A program made the translations under genes and the position numbers. The notes under the pieces are model-generated. The model was not told the DNA's origin and made no database searches. It saw only the letters and a list, made by a program, of their open reading frames with translations. A stretch of 64,000 nucleotides of DNA from Candidatus Heimdallarchaeota archaeon (lineage in GTDB: Archaea > Asgardarchaeota > Heimdallarchaeia > Hodarchaeales > Hodarchaeaceae), in the NCBI GenBank assembly GCA_020353515.1, contig CP070695.1, forward strand, positions 839,369 through 903,368, given 5' to 3'. Positions 35,330-46,500 of this stretch are shown here, one piece after another; position 1 is the stretch's first letter, and each line of letters starts with the position of its first letter.

Positions 35330-37621
35330 TTAAGTTGTTGTAGCCATAGTAATTTCGATATCATCAATGATAGTCTGAGCTTGTGAAATCCAGTTATTTG
35401 CGACTGATTCAGGGATATGTTTAGAGTTTTGTGCTTGAATATGATTTATAAATGCCTGCATGATATTTCCACATGCTTTGAGCATATTGTTGGCTCGTCG
35501 ATTTCTGCCTTCAAGAATGTACTCTAGTGCTTGCTCTTTTTTCTTAGTTGCACTCTCCATTTTCGAAAGTAGACTTTTCTTAATCCCTTTGTGGATGGTT
35601 GAATCACTGATCGAATCTATCAGCTCTTGAAGTTCAAGATTGATATATCTGGCCATACTCTCCTTTGTGACTCGGACATTAAGTCCTCCTATATCACTAT
35701 CACTTGCACTTGAATCAGTTTGGCTTATAGCTATAGCTATGAATTGATAGAGTGCAGTCTCCATGCTTTGCCAATCGTTTGGAACCTCAATGCAGAGTTC
35801 AACACCACCATAGGATCCAGGATTCAATGTAATATATGTCTCATCGAGGCTTGACCAATCTGGTTGAATTACTGTGGGATTGGCACGATAAGCTCCGTTG
35901 AAATCGATGTAAACCAAAGAAAGGTCAAAAGTTTCTAGAACATTTCCAAGATTTGTCACTTCAATAGAATAAACTCCAGTTCCACCAGGATCAGTGACAT
36001 CTGTGCTGGGTACTACTTGAATATCGACCTCATAAAAGGGTAATATGTGGACTTTAGCTGAATCACTATCAGTTGCTTCTAGATCGTATAATGGTGCCTG
36101 TTGGCTGGTAGCTGTGACGGTGAACGGATAATCGCCAGGTGACGTAGACCAGTGTCTATAAGGTTCGATAGAAAGCTGAACACTGGCTGATCCATAGGCA
36201 GTTACTGCGACTTCTGATGATAATATACACGTCCATGTACTTGGTAGCCCTGAATGCAAAAGGCTAAACGTATCTCCAACGTTTCCTCTGTTGATAACAA
36301 CTATATCATAGATACCGGTGTCTCCAGGAATGATTTCCTGATAGGTGGGAGTAACGATTAAATCAACGCCAAATTTCTTGACAAATACATCGACATCAAC
36401 AACTCCAACGGTACCAGGGTGAACACCTAAGTATAGTCCATCTGTAAGCCAACTCATATCAAGCGTGTAGAGTGTGATCGTTGGGTCTCCAGTAAGCCAG
36501 TCTATCCAACTGTTGAAATCTAATTTCAGTTTAAATGCTAGCTTAAATATACTGAAATAGTACCTGAAGTCTGATAACTCTATTCTTGCATAATCGGTTG
36601 TAGTATCGTAATCATCTGCATGCACGGTAAAAGGTATTTTCTGATTCGGCGCTGTCCATGTGAGGGTGGCTCCGTTAGTAGCATCTCCACTAGTACTAAA
36701 CTTGGCTGTGATCTTGTCAGAACAAAGTTGTGGTTCAACAACTAGCTTCAACGCCATTATCCATACATCCAACAGTGTATATTCGAATGATGGTATGGGG
36801 AAGTAATTTCCAGGGCCCAAAGGAGTGGTAAAACTCCTACGCCAATTAAGGTTTGGTCCAAAATACCAAGAATTTTCTTCCCAGCCTACAATAGGTAACC
36901 ATATACCTGCTGCAACTTCAATATTCGTTTGGAATACTAAATAGAATTCATCAAAGTCTGGTTTGTCAAGAGGGGTCAGTGTCGCGTAACATTCGTAGTC
37001 GTGTTCAACAGTCATCTGTTCTGGGTATTCAAGTGTGATTCTAACTGGAAGTCTTATCCCAGCACCAATATTTAGATTGATATAAACTCTGCAATAACCT
37101 TTCATAACCACAATGTCCGCAGAAACATCGAGAATTTTCCAACGAAATGCAACTAATTGATAGGTAAATCCTAACAGAACATCCTGTTCCAGTAATGCGT
37201 CTTGAGTTGCTGGAATCCAATCGGTAGATTCCTCTGTTGAAGTAGGTGTTTCCACCAATAATGATTGATCTGCTGTATCCTCTCCAAGTTGTAGAGTTGA
37301 AGTCTCCATGACCATTGTTTCTTTGATTACGTCCATGGTGCCATTATGATAATCAATAATTAGCATTGTAGTTCCATTTTCATAATCAATGTATTCTGTT
37401 GAAGCTATGGATTCTGTTGATGGAGTTCCATCATTTAAGAAAGTGGCTTGTGACATAAGTATCTTTGCTGCCTGTTCGGGTGTGTCAAAGGCGGATGATT
37501 GGTCTATGGGGTTAGTATTTACCTGAGACGCCATGTTCATGAGTGAAAAAGCGACAACAAAAAGCAAAATGATCGAAACAAAGATTTTCTTGGTGTTTCT
37601 GTCTAACCCAATTTTTTTCAT
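35330..37621 (-). CDS. Secreted/surface protein with two NEW3/CARDB-like Ig domains and a C-terminal FIMAH-like helical domain
   Basis: Signal peptide; repeats PGDTGIYDIVVINRGNVGDTFSL and PGGTGVYSIEVTNLGNVLETFDL; C-terminal SLLSKMESA...AFINHIQAQNSKHIP. Confidence 0.75.
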   Translation of the reverse strand: MKKIGLDRNTKKIFVSIILLFVVAFSLMNMASQVNTNPIDQSSAFDTPEQAAKILMSQATFLNDGTPSTESIASTEYIDYENGTTMLIIDYHNGTMDVIKETMVMETSTLQLGEDTADQSLLVETPTSTEESTDWIPATQDALLEQDVLLGFTYQLVAFRWKILDVSADIVVMKGYCRVYINLNIGAGIRLPVRITLEYPEQMTVEHDYECYATLTPLDKPDFDEFYLVFQTNIEVAAGIWLPIVGWEENSWYFGPNLNWRRSFTTPLGPGNYFPIPSFEYTLLDVWIMALKLVVEPQLCSDKITAKFSTSGDATNGATLTWTAPNQKIPFTVHADDYDTTTDYARIELSDFRYYFSIFKLAFKLKLDFNSWIDWLTGDPTITLYTLDMSWLTDGLYLGVHPGTVGVVDVDVFVKKFGVDLIVTPTYQEIIPGDTGIYDIVVINRGNVGDTFSLLHSGLPSTWTCILSSEVAVTAYGSASVQLSIEPYRHWSTSPGDYPFTVTATSQQAPLYDLEATDSDSAKVHILPFYEVDIQVVPSTDVTDPGGTGVYSIEVTNLGNVLETFDLSLVYIDFNGAYRANPTVIQPDWSSLDETYITLNPGSYGGVELCIEVPNDWQSMETALYQFIAIAISQTDSSASDSDIGGLNVRVTKESMARYINLELQELIDSISDSTIHKGIKKSLLSKMESATKKKEQALEYILEGRNRRANNMLKACGNIMQAFINHIQAQNSKHIPESVANNWISQAQTIIDDIEITMATTT

Positions 37622-38282
37622 GTCTTTAGTTCCTCCATCTTATTTCCTGAATAGCCAGCTACTACATTATTTTTTCATAGCTGGTATTCTAATGTTTAAA
37701 AACAGTGTATATCTTGAGGATAAGTATGATAATTCCCGTATTGATGTCTACTCTGTTCCTCACTTAAAAATAGGAATATAATTGAAAATAATTCAGATTG
37801 ATTATCTTGAATTAAAAATTTCGTGGTTTAGACGATCCCCTTATATCTCTGGTTTATTTGTTTTTAAACAAGGGTATACGGTGTTTTGTTTTAATTTAAA
37901 AATTTATCTAGGCATACTAATGCACCTATTTTATGACAATGAAACTAGCTTCTTGTTTTAGGAATTCCTGATTTAAAATCATTAAAAAACCGTTTTGTCG
38001 AGCTTGTTCATATTTTTCGTATTATTCGGCAAAAATCAACATTCGTTTTGCAATAAGTGTGGGGGAGATAATTGTGGGGCAGGTCGGGCTCTTCGATCTA
38101 ATCCCTCATACTCTGGTTCCTGTGATTTGTCACGAATGAGAAGTACAATCAAAACACGTACTACCAAAAATTTCGACTGTAAATGTCATCTACCAAGTAT
38201 CAATATCAATAAAAGTCCCCTGTAAGGTGAATAGATAAGAACAGAATCCAGGTGAATAGAAACTAACATCTATAGTGCCTTT

Positions 38283-38696
38283 TCAGGGCGACCGGTCTTC
38301 TCTAGTTGGATAATTATGAGTCGCAATATGAGTTGTAACTTCCTCCTCGGCTCTAGCAGCTCCACCTGTTGTGTGAAGGGTGGGATCGTTATCGACCCAA
38401 ATATCCCAGTAACCATAATCCCAATGTTTCCATTGATTAACCAGAGGAAAAGAATAAGCAAAATGATGTTGGACTGAATAAAAGCCAGATTCCAGCTGAC
38501 CCAGGACATTAGTGGTTACTAAAGGTAAAATAAACCACCCAAATGGACGTGAATGATTTTCATCAAGGGTTTTTCCTCCAATTGTAACATTAATGGGATA
38601 AATGATGTGCTCACACAATTCTACTATGAATTTCCTATCAGTATCTGGATCCTCAAGCCACAAAATACTAATTTTATCTCCTTGATGAAATGTCAC
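38283..38696 (-). CDS. Hypothetical protein, probably a gene remnant
   Basis: 137-aa ORF without a clear RBS; downstream sequence (38030-38280) holds broken hydrophobic stretches. Confidence 0.35.
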   Translation of the reverse strand: MTFHQGDKISILWLEDPDTDRKFIVELCEHIIYPINVTIGGKTLDENHSRPFGWFILPLVTTNVLGQLESGFYSVQHHFAYSFPLVNQWKHWDYGYWDIWVDNDPTLHTTGGAARAEEEVTTHIATHNYPTREDRSP

Positions 38697-38763
38697 ATTA
38701 GCAAGGTCCCAATACCATGATTGCGTGTTATTTTAGAACAAACTGAAAAAAAAAAATGAGTTG

Positions 38764-39387
38764 CTACTGAATTGGAGGGAATATATCTCCCAGACGCGAT
38801 GATAACATGAAAGTAATAACACTATTTAGATTGATGCTATCTATCCCTGCAGGTGGCTCTCTATGCTCCTCGAAGAATTTCCTCTGGAATTTTATAAACT
38901 CCTTTACAAATAAATGCCCAGTTTCTGTACTAAACAAAAATATGGTAAAAATATTTGAATCCTCTTTGATTGAAGGATTTTGAAAATACTGAAGTTGACT
39001 GTTAACTAAGTGATCATAAACGGTCTTCAAGATTTCACGGAACGCGATAAGAATATTTTGCATACGAAAGATTGCTTTTTCTTTTTCTTCACCTGATAAT
39101 TGATCAATAGTCTCATCTGTAATCAAAGTATCTAAGCTAATAATTTCGGGGTTCAAGGCCCAATATTTTACCTGTAAATTTCCTTTTGCCTCAGTTTTGG
39201 AAACATACACCAAGTTTGCTTCCAGCAATTTTTCTAAGTTTCGAGTAATGGTTGACAGATTCTTTTTTGTAATTTTGGCTAATTGTCCTGCCGTCAACTC
39301 GGAATAAAAGACTAAATACATTGAAATTTGGCTAATTGTTGGATTATCAAATAATTCGAGTATTTTTGAGATATGTGAAGTGGACAT
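38764..39387 (-). CDS. Winged helix-turn-helix transcriptional regulator (ArsR/MarR-like)
   Basis: LTAGQLAKITKKNLSTITRNLEKLLEANLV HTH plus wing KYW; likely start ATG 39387 after AGGAGTGA. Confidence 0.85.
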   Translation of the reverse strand: MSTSHISKILELFDNPTISQISMYLVFYSELTAGQLAKITKKNLSTITRNLEKLLEANLVYVSKTEAKGNLQVKYWALNPEIISLDTLITDETIDQLSGEEKEKAIFRMQNILIAFREILKTVYDHLVNSQLQYFQNPSIKEDSNIFTIFLFSTETGHLFVKEFIKFQRKFFEEHREPPAGIDSINLNSVITFMLSSRLGDIFPPIQ

Positions 39388-39426
39388 GTTATCACTCCTT
39401 GGATTATTACTCGATTTGAATGAATG

Positions 39427-39467
39427 CAAAAGGTATATAAATAGCTAGCGCTTGCATTTATGCAAGC
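39427..39467 (+). promoter_or_regulatory. BRE/TATA promoter followed by a palindromic operator
   Basis: caaaaggTATATAAAT, then perfect inverted repeat GCTTGCAT-tt-ATGCAAGC (39450-39467), between divergent regulator and transporter genes. Confidence 0.7.
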
Positions 39468-39531
39468 ACTTGCGAGAGTATAACTGATAAAAATTTGTAT
39501 GTTTTAATCATTTAAAAGGAATGAAGAAGAG

Positions 39532-41463
39532 ATGGAACAGGAATATCAGACAAAAATGGTTGAAATTGCACAAACTCAAGAGTTTTCTAAGAGAATTGTC
39601 ATTATTGGTATCTTAGTAGGTTTAATGATGAATTGGTTAACGCTATATTTGAATGTTGTTCTTGGCCTCATGTCTGTTGGTATTTCCGCTTTTGTTGTCC
39701 TCCTATTTACTAAAATTCTTCTTAGAGAAAAAGCAACCTCACAAAACCTATCTTTAGTGTCAATAGCTTATGGGGCTACAAGCTCAGCAGAAGCTAGTAT
39801 AGGCTTGCTATTTCTCATATGGTTATATAACAACGCCTCCTCATTCGGATTTGAAAATTTTAATCCTCCAGGTTGGCTTTTACCTAGTTCAACAGTCATC
39901 TCAAATAGAATTGTGTTAACAAATGAATGGATTGTCCCTTTACTTGTCCATTATTTCCTCATGCTTATCCCTGGAATTTCTGGATTAATTCTTGGAATCT
40001 ATTTAGCTCCAAAATTCATAAATAATGAGGAAGAATATCCTTTCCCAGGTATCATTCAACGTGTGAAAACAGTTGAAGTGTTAGTAACTAATCAAACCTC
40101 AAAGATAAATTTATTCAAACGATTCGGTTTTTTGGGCTTTTTCGTAGCTTTAATCACTCTATTTTACCCTGTAATAGATTTTTCAAATACTAATACTGGT
40201 TTAGTATTCGGTATAATGCTTGGAACGATCGGAGTTACAATGTTTTCTGTAGGATTCGTGATTAATAACCCTAAAATATCAGTACCAGCAGGAATATCAT
40301 CTCTTGTGCTATACACAGTTGTAACTCCACTCATAATTAATATCGCTGACTTCAAAGATCAAATAATACAAGGTAACTTTACTAATGACTTTTTTGGTCT
40401 ATATTCATATCTATTACAGCATAAATACCTATCCTTCCTGATTGGATTCATTATCTCTGCATCAATCATTTCTCCTTTCGTATTTTCTCAGATTAAAAAA
40501 ATAATAATAAAATTAAGGAAGAAAAATCAAACATTTGGAGTTACACCATCCTCAGACATATCTTCAGAAAATAAAGCGGAATTTGAAGAGAATGAACAAA
40601 CTAAAGGAGTAAATGAAGGAAGTAATCCAGCACAAATAACCAAAAATTCATCATATTTTCAGAATATCACTAGTTCAATTGGCAAGAGAGAGCTGATAAT
40701 TTTCATATCTTATATCACGGTGTTGATTATATCAACATTATTCATTGTTACACTCAATATTCTTCCTTCTACGGATTTCATCTTAGTTCTCCTACTCCTT
40801 ATGTGGATTATGATTTTAGGATCGTTTATTCAGGGTTATATCACAGTATCAACCATTGCTAAAGCATCAGCTGCTGCAACTATACCTTTTATATTTGACA
40901 ATATACCGCTTTTCCTTGTTGGGGCCAGGGGTTTGACTCCATATATTGCTACTCCGAAAGCTGAAGTAGGAGAAACAATTGGTATGGTTTCTACTTTGAA
41001 ATTTGGCCAACAAATGAAAATAAGTCAGAAAAACACTGTATTGGCTTTTCTAGCTGGTTATATTGTTGCTGTTTTAGCTACTCCGTTTTTTACATTATTT
41101 CTATGGAAAGCATTAGGAATTGGAAATGTGAATTTTCCCGCTCCTGCCTTTCCGATTTTTCTTGCTTTGATTGGGCCATTTGCAGCTGGAGCACTTGATG
41201 TTTTCTTAAAAATCTCTGAAATGATATTCGGAGGAATCTTAGCATTGTTTTTCCCTACAATTGGATTATCAGTTGCAATAGGAATGTTTTTTCCTCCCCA
41301 TATGGCGATATGTCTCAGTTTAGGCGGAATAACGGCATTTATCGCAGAGAAAAGGAAAGGAAAGGAATGGATGAAAGATAAAGGACAAATAATAGCTACT
41401 GCTATTTCTGTAGGAGCAACTTTAACAGTACCAATCTTAATTCTCTTAAATTTATTAACATAA
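39532..41463 (+). CDS. OPT/YSL-family oligopeptide transporter-like membrane protein
   Basis: Many TM segments; EEYPFPG, LKFGQQM and FPAPA motifs typical of the OPT family. Confidence 0.75.
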   Translation: MEQEYQTKMVEIAQTQEFSKRIVIIGILVGLMMNWLTLYLNVVLGLMSVGISAFVVLLFTKILLREKATSQNLSLVSIAYGATSSAEASIGLLFLIWLYNNASSFGFENFNPPGWLLPSSTVISNRIVLTNEWIVPLLVHYFLMLIPGISGLILGIYLAPKFINNEEEYPFPGIIQRVKTVEVLVTNQTSKINLFKRFGFLGFFVALITLFYPVIDFSNTNTGLVFGIMLGTIGVTMFSVGFVINNPKISVPAGISSLVLYTVVTPLIINIADFKDQIIQGNFTNDFFGLYSYLLQHKYLSFLIGFIISASIISPFVFSQIKKIIIKLRKKNQTFGVTPSSDISSENKAEFEENEQTKGVNEGSNPAQITKNSSYFQNITSSIGKRELIIFISYITVLIISTLFIVTLNILPSTDFILVLLLLMWIMILGSFIQGYITVSTIAKASAAATIPFIFDNIPLFLVGARGLTPYIATPKAEVGETIGMVSTLKFGQQMKISQKNTVLAFLAGYIVAVLATPFFTLFLWKALGIGNVNFPAPAFPIFLALIGPFAAGALDVFLKISEMIFGGILALFFPTIGLSVAIGMFFPPHMAICLSLGGITAFIAEKRKGKEWMKDKGQIIATAISVGATLTVPILILLNLLT

Positions 41464-41502
41464 TTGAAGATTATTCAAGAAATAGAAAAAAAGGTGTTAA
41501 AA

Positions 41503-41937
41503 ATGACCAAAAACCCTAAAAATCGAGTTTTATTAGAGTTAAATCCTGAAATGAGGGCAAAAATTGATGTGTTAATTGAAAAAGGACTGTATCCAAACAG
41601 CTCAGATTTCCTTAACAAAGCTATAAAATCCCAACTTAAGCTCCATGATGCGACTTTTCAAGAGTTAGACATAGAAAGGGATTTAGTAATTGGATTAGCC
41701 AATTATTCAGCCAAGGAATTAGAAACAATTACTGCTAAAGGAAAAAAACTTGAGATCAAAGTCTTGGGCGGACTCAAATTTTCTGAAGATGTCACACCAG
41801 CATTAGTGGACCAATCAATTGCAAAGATAAATCTTGCAGGGATTCTCAAAGCACCTGAAAAGGTAAAAACTGTTCTAAATGAAAAAAGGTATACTCTCTT
41901 GGGTCATAAGTATTCAGAATTCAAAAGGTTTGAATAG
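41503..41937 (+). CDS. Ribbon-helix-helix (CopG-like) regulator with C-terminal extension
   Basis: KIDVLIEKGLYPNSSDFLNKAIKSQL; ATG 41503 after AGGTG. Confidence 0.75.
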   Translation: MTKNPKNRVLLELNPEMRAKIDVLIEKGLYPNSSDFLNKAIKSQLKLHDATFQELDIERDLVIGLANYSAKELETITAKGKKLEIKVLGGLKFSEDVTPALVDQSIAKINLAGILKAPEKVKTVLNEKRYTLLGHKYSEFKRFE

Positions 41938-41989
41938 TCAAGATGATAAATAAGAGGGATTACTTGGAAGTATATCACAGATGGTTCTT

Positions 41990-43441
41990 TTACGCAATCA
42001 TTGAGGACCAAGGATATCGTTTACTAATCTCTTGAAGTAAGCGATTAACCTTTCGTTCTTCAAAGGTCTCTCGATAGCATAAACATATTACTAATCCACC
42101 ACGAGTTCTTTTAAATCTTTGATACATTGTTTTCACTGTATTGACGACATCATAAACTATCATTAGATTTGCTTGAGGGATATCAATATCACGTTCCCCT
42201 ACAGCAGTCATGACTAACACAGCTTTTGCTTCTTCTCTCTTGAATTTGTTTAGCACCTCTATTTTGTTTCTGACTTGCCCAGTAATTAGGAATGAGGCAA
42301 TTCCCCTCTTCTCTGTTTCCTCTTGTAAACAACTAGCAGTGTCTAAAAATGAGCATAAGACGACAGTTTTAGAATTAGGTGGTTGTTTTTTAATAAGATC
42401 ATGTACCGCCTTGATCTTCGTCGTTTTTTCAGGTAAAGCCTTAATAAGTTCCTTAGTTACTCCAAATTTCTTCAGTCTATACAGAAATCTCCTAAATTTT
42501 TTTGGTTGCATTGCTGTACAGTATTTACGTATTAATAATAACCCATGATATTTTTGATTATCCCCTGATTCAGACTCCAACATACCAGACACTAGAGCTA
42601 ATTGTGATGAAGGAATCGCCTCAAGGAGTGTTGGTTTCTCTTCCAAGGTTTCATCTATAATTTTTTGACGTAAATTTTTTATCGCTTGATCTATCAGGTC
42701 CAAAATAGTCTTCAATTCAGGACTCACATCAATCTGTAGTCGTTGAATGAAAGTGTTCTGGATATAATCTTGTATATCCGTCTGTGCTAAGAGTGAGTCC
42801 ATTCGAATAATATGAAGTCCAGGAATACTATTATTCAGAGTGACAATCTCTTGCTGAATTTCTATTGTTTCTTTCCTAAAATCAAAGAATATGTGATCAT
42901 CACGGATTGTGCCAGTCATTCCAACAATCCAAGCTTTTGATTGTACAAAATAGGGGATAAGGGTGTTATAAGGATAAATTAATAAACGAGAATCTCCGTG
43001 TCGTCGAACTATTTTATCTATTTCATTAATAATTACTACGTCGAATATAGGTTTTGTTATGAATTTCTTGAAGGCATTTGAGAATGTTTGTGGAGTGGAT
43101 GCGACTATTCGAGCGTTTTCAAGAATTTTTTTTCTGAGGAAACTTGGTGTTCTACTTGAAAAAGCTTGAAAATCAGATTCTCGAAATCCCCCATATTCTT
43201 CCTTGAAGTAATGAATTGTTTCAGAAAAGCTCAGAGTTGAATGTAATAGAAGAAGTACTCTTTGTTTAGGAAGAAGATCCTTGATAAGCAAATAAGTGAG
43301 AACACGTTTTCCCAATCCAGTGTCAACTTCGGCTATTGTGTGGTATCCTCGAAGCCAATTTTCTTTAAGTATAGAAAGAATCTTTTCTTGATATTGTCTT
43401 TGTTGAATTACACTTCTTTCTGTCGAATGATGGTTTACCAA
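41990..43441 (-). CDS. Divergent Hef/FANCM(Mph1)-like SF2 helicase without nuclease domain
   Basis: Q motif RQYQ, DTGLGKR, STPQ, motif II INEID, GMTGT, VGERDIDIPQ, QRFKRTR. Confidence 0.75.
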   Translation of the reverse strand: MVNHHSTERSVIQQRQYQEKILSILKENWLRGYHTIAEVDTGLGKRVLTYLLIKDLLPKQRVLLLLHSTLSFSETIHYFKEEYGGFRESDFQAFSSRTPSFLRKKILENARIVASTPQTFSNAFKKFITKPIFDVVIINEIDKIVRRHGDSRLLIYPYNTLIPYFVQSKAWIVGMTGTIRDDHIFFDFRKETIEIQQEIVTLNNSIPGLHIIRMDSLLAQTDIQDYIQNTFIQRLQIDVSPELKTILDLIDQAIKNLRQKIIDETLEEKPTLLEAIPSSQLALVSGMLESESGDNQKYHGLLLIRKYCTAMQPKKFRRFLYRLKKFGVTKELIKALPEKTTKIKAVHDLIKKQPPNSKTVVLCSFLDTASCLQEETEKRGIASFLITGQVRNKIEVLNKFKREEAKAVLVMTAVGERDIDIPQANLMIVYDVVNTVKTMYQRFKRTRGGLVICLCYRETFEERKVNRLLQEISKRYPWSSMIA

Positions 43442-43568
43442 GGCAAATTAATTAAGAACCAATGTTATTATAAACATACAAGCTTGTGTAAAAATTTTTG
43501 ACACCTTTTTAAAACTGAAGTTCATTTATGAAAATATGTAATTATAGGTTAAAATTAGATTTAAATGT

Positions 43569-46500
43569 GTGATAATTATGTCGAAAGACTTATATGACCA
43601 GCTAGGGCTCACATCAGAAGAGACCCGAGTTTATAGCATTATCATTTCTAATTTAGTGAGAACAATTGATGAAGTAGTAATTTTGGCAAGGGATCTAAAC
43701 CCTGAAGTTATTAAAACCGCTCTCGACGGATTAGAAAAGAAAAAATTTTTACGAGTAATTCCTGGGAAGGTGCCTCAGTATATCGCCTTAGCTCCAGCAA
43801 TAGCTGTTACTAGTGAAATTGACAGGCAAATAGAAAACGAATTGAATCAAAGTCAAGAGGAAATCATGAATCGGTGGGAAGTAGGACAAAAAGAACTGCT
43901 AGATATGATCAATGATTTCCAAAAGGGTCCAGAACTGTTCACAAGAACTGAAAGAGAGATTCACTCCCATATTAATACCTATATGGAACAGATAAAGACT
44001 AAAAGTATGGAGATCCTACAACAGATCAAAAAACAGATCTCTGTTCAAAATCAAAAAAATTCTAAAAGTCTAGAGGAATTGAGGTCAGATTTCTCTTCTA
44101 ATTTAGAAGCAGAAGTTCAAAAAAACATCTCACAGCTTGAATCACAACTTCAAGCAATCAAAGATGCTCAAACAGAAGAAAGAGCACAACTTCTTGAGAA
44201 AATTTCAAAAATTTACTCTGAAAGAATTGATAGTTTCAACATTCTATTCTCTCAAGTGAAACAATCAGTTCAAACACATCAACAACAGCTTTCAAATTCA
44301 ACTGAGAATTTAAATTCGACCCTCACGAGTGTTAATGAACAAACAAAGCGGAATATCAAGAATAGTAAGGCCACTAGCCAAGAAGATCTCGATTCAATTG
44401 AAGAAGAGGTAACTAAGAGAGTTATTGATAAATTAACAATCATTAATCAAAGTATTGAATCAGTGCAATCAAATCTCATAGAAGTAAGTGAGGAATCATT
44501 GAAGTCCATTCAAGGAATGGTTGGAATTTTCAGGGAAAAAACTTCTCAAAGTTCAGCCTCTGTAGTGGAAATCACAAATAAAACAGCAGAAAATCTATGG
44601 CAACACATTCAAAAGATGCTTCAATCGTTTGCCCAAACTATCAGTAGTTTAGATGAGGTTAAAGAAAAACTAACCTCACAAGAAACAATTAACAAATTAA
44701 ATGTCGCAACTTCTAGCGTAAAGGATGGATTATTTAAAGGATTAGAAAACCTCGACGAGGTTTATACAGGTGGAGTAACACTTATCAATACAGAAATGAC
44801 TAAACAGTTGTTATCCTTTCAAGAAAGAATGCAAAACGATATTTCACAATTATTTACACAGCTAGAAAGTTCTATCCAAGAAAAATATGCTATTGGTATA
44901 GAAAAAATCACTGATTTACCCTTGGAAATCTCCTCTCTTTTAGATACTAATAGAAATATGATTATTCAAGAAACTTCAGAATTACATAATAAAGTTTTAG
45001 GAGATTTTAAGCAGCAAATTCAACCCACGATTAACAATCTATCAGAATATTTTACAGAAATGATAAGGAAGATATCAGATTCAGAAAAGGTCTTCATTGA
45101 GGATTCAGAGATAGATTTAGTAGATATATCAACTGCTATCGATGAACTAAACCTGAAAATGAAGGAAACAGTTTCAAATCGTGGGAAGCTCTCAGAAGCA
45201 TTACAATACCTCCGAAATGTAGCAAATGAGGAATTCTCGTCTTTTGGATCTTCTGCCAATATGATGCTAGGCCAAATGCAATCAACGATAACTGAAAATG
45301 TTGCAGCACGAACAGAAGAGATTTCTCAGAATTTTGAAGTGATTAATCAAGTTACTGGGGAATTAAATAAGATTTCAAACAATTCTCAAGCAGAAATCTC
45401 AAAAATTCTTGAACAATTGGAAACTAGCATAGATGCTGGGAATCAAACAATTTCTGAAGCTTTTGATCAGGATATTGCTAATCTCGCGATGGATGTTGAA
45501 GAAATTAACAAAGCAGCGATAAAAGAGCAAGAGGATCTAATAATTGCATCAAATGACCGATTAAGTTCTCTAAGTGATAGAATTGGAAAATCAACCCTAG
45601 AACTCAGTCGTAATATTCCCACTCAATTAGAGGAATACCAAGCACGCCATACTGACGATTTTAATAATTTCGATAGAGCAGTAAAGGCGGAATTGAATAA
45701 AATTAAAGCTCGCTTAACGGAGATTAATTCTGAGGTCACCGAAAGATTAGGTAAAAGAGTAAGCCTAGGAAAAGGAGGATTTCAAGATATAGAGAAAATT
45801 GTTACATCTGCGATGAAGGATTTTGAAAGTGCTCAAAAACGAACAGAAAGACTCATCGACGACCAAATCCATAATTTCAACGCATCTAGTGAGTCTTTTG
45901 CAGAAACAATAAACACTAGCTTGAATACTCAAAATTTAGAAATCCAACGATTAATGGACGCCATCAGTGAAGATCTCTCAAAATCTGTGAACTCCTCGTA
46001 TGAATTAGCACTGAAAAATATCTCCGTGTTTTCAAATAAAATAAGGGAGAGATTTAACTCACGAAAAGATGATCTTGCTGATCACCTTTCCCTGCTCCTA
46101 TCCACGATTTCAGCATCACTTGGAGAAAGTCTTAAGGGTAGTCTTGTGAATGAATTTGAAAAAATGGATTCTACATTACAACAAATAAAACAAACAGCTC
46201 AAGCACCACAGGAGTTAGAGACAATACTTGGCGCTGAAGTAAATAATTTTATCGGAAACCTACAACTCGCATTTCGATCAGCGAGTGAATCAGGAGCAGC
46301 TCGGATTGCTGAAGTAATTAACGAATCAGTCACTACAGAGATAGAGAGAACCTATGACATTTTAAAGGAACAATTTGACCTATCAAATCTCAAAGATATA
46401 ATTACAAGTCAGTTGAAATCAACTTCTCATAAAGGAACAAACGTTCTATCCCAGATTAGCGATGAATTAAATGAAAAATCAAATGTATTGCTTGTATCAA

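Noticed and set aside
37533-38225. Plus-strand ORFs 37533-37781 and 37995-38225
   Set aside because: One overlaps the surface-protein start and promoter; the other lies in decayed sequence. Neither shows coding features.
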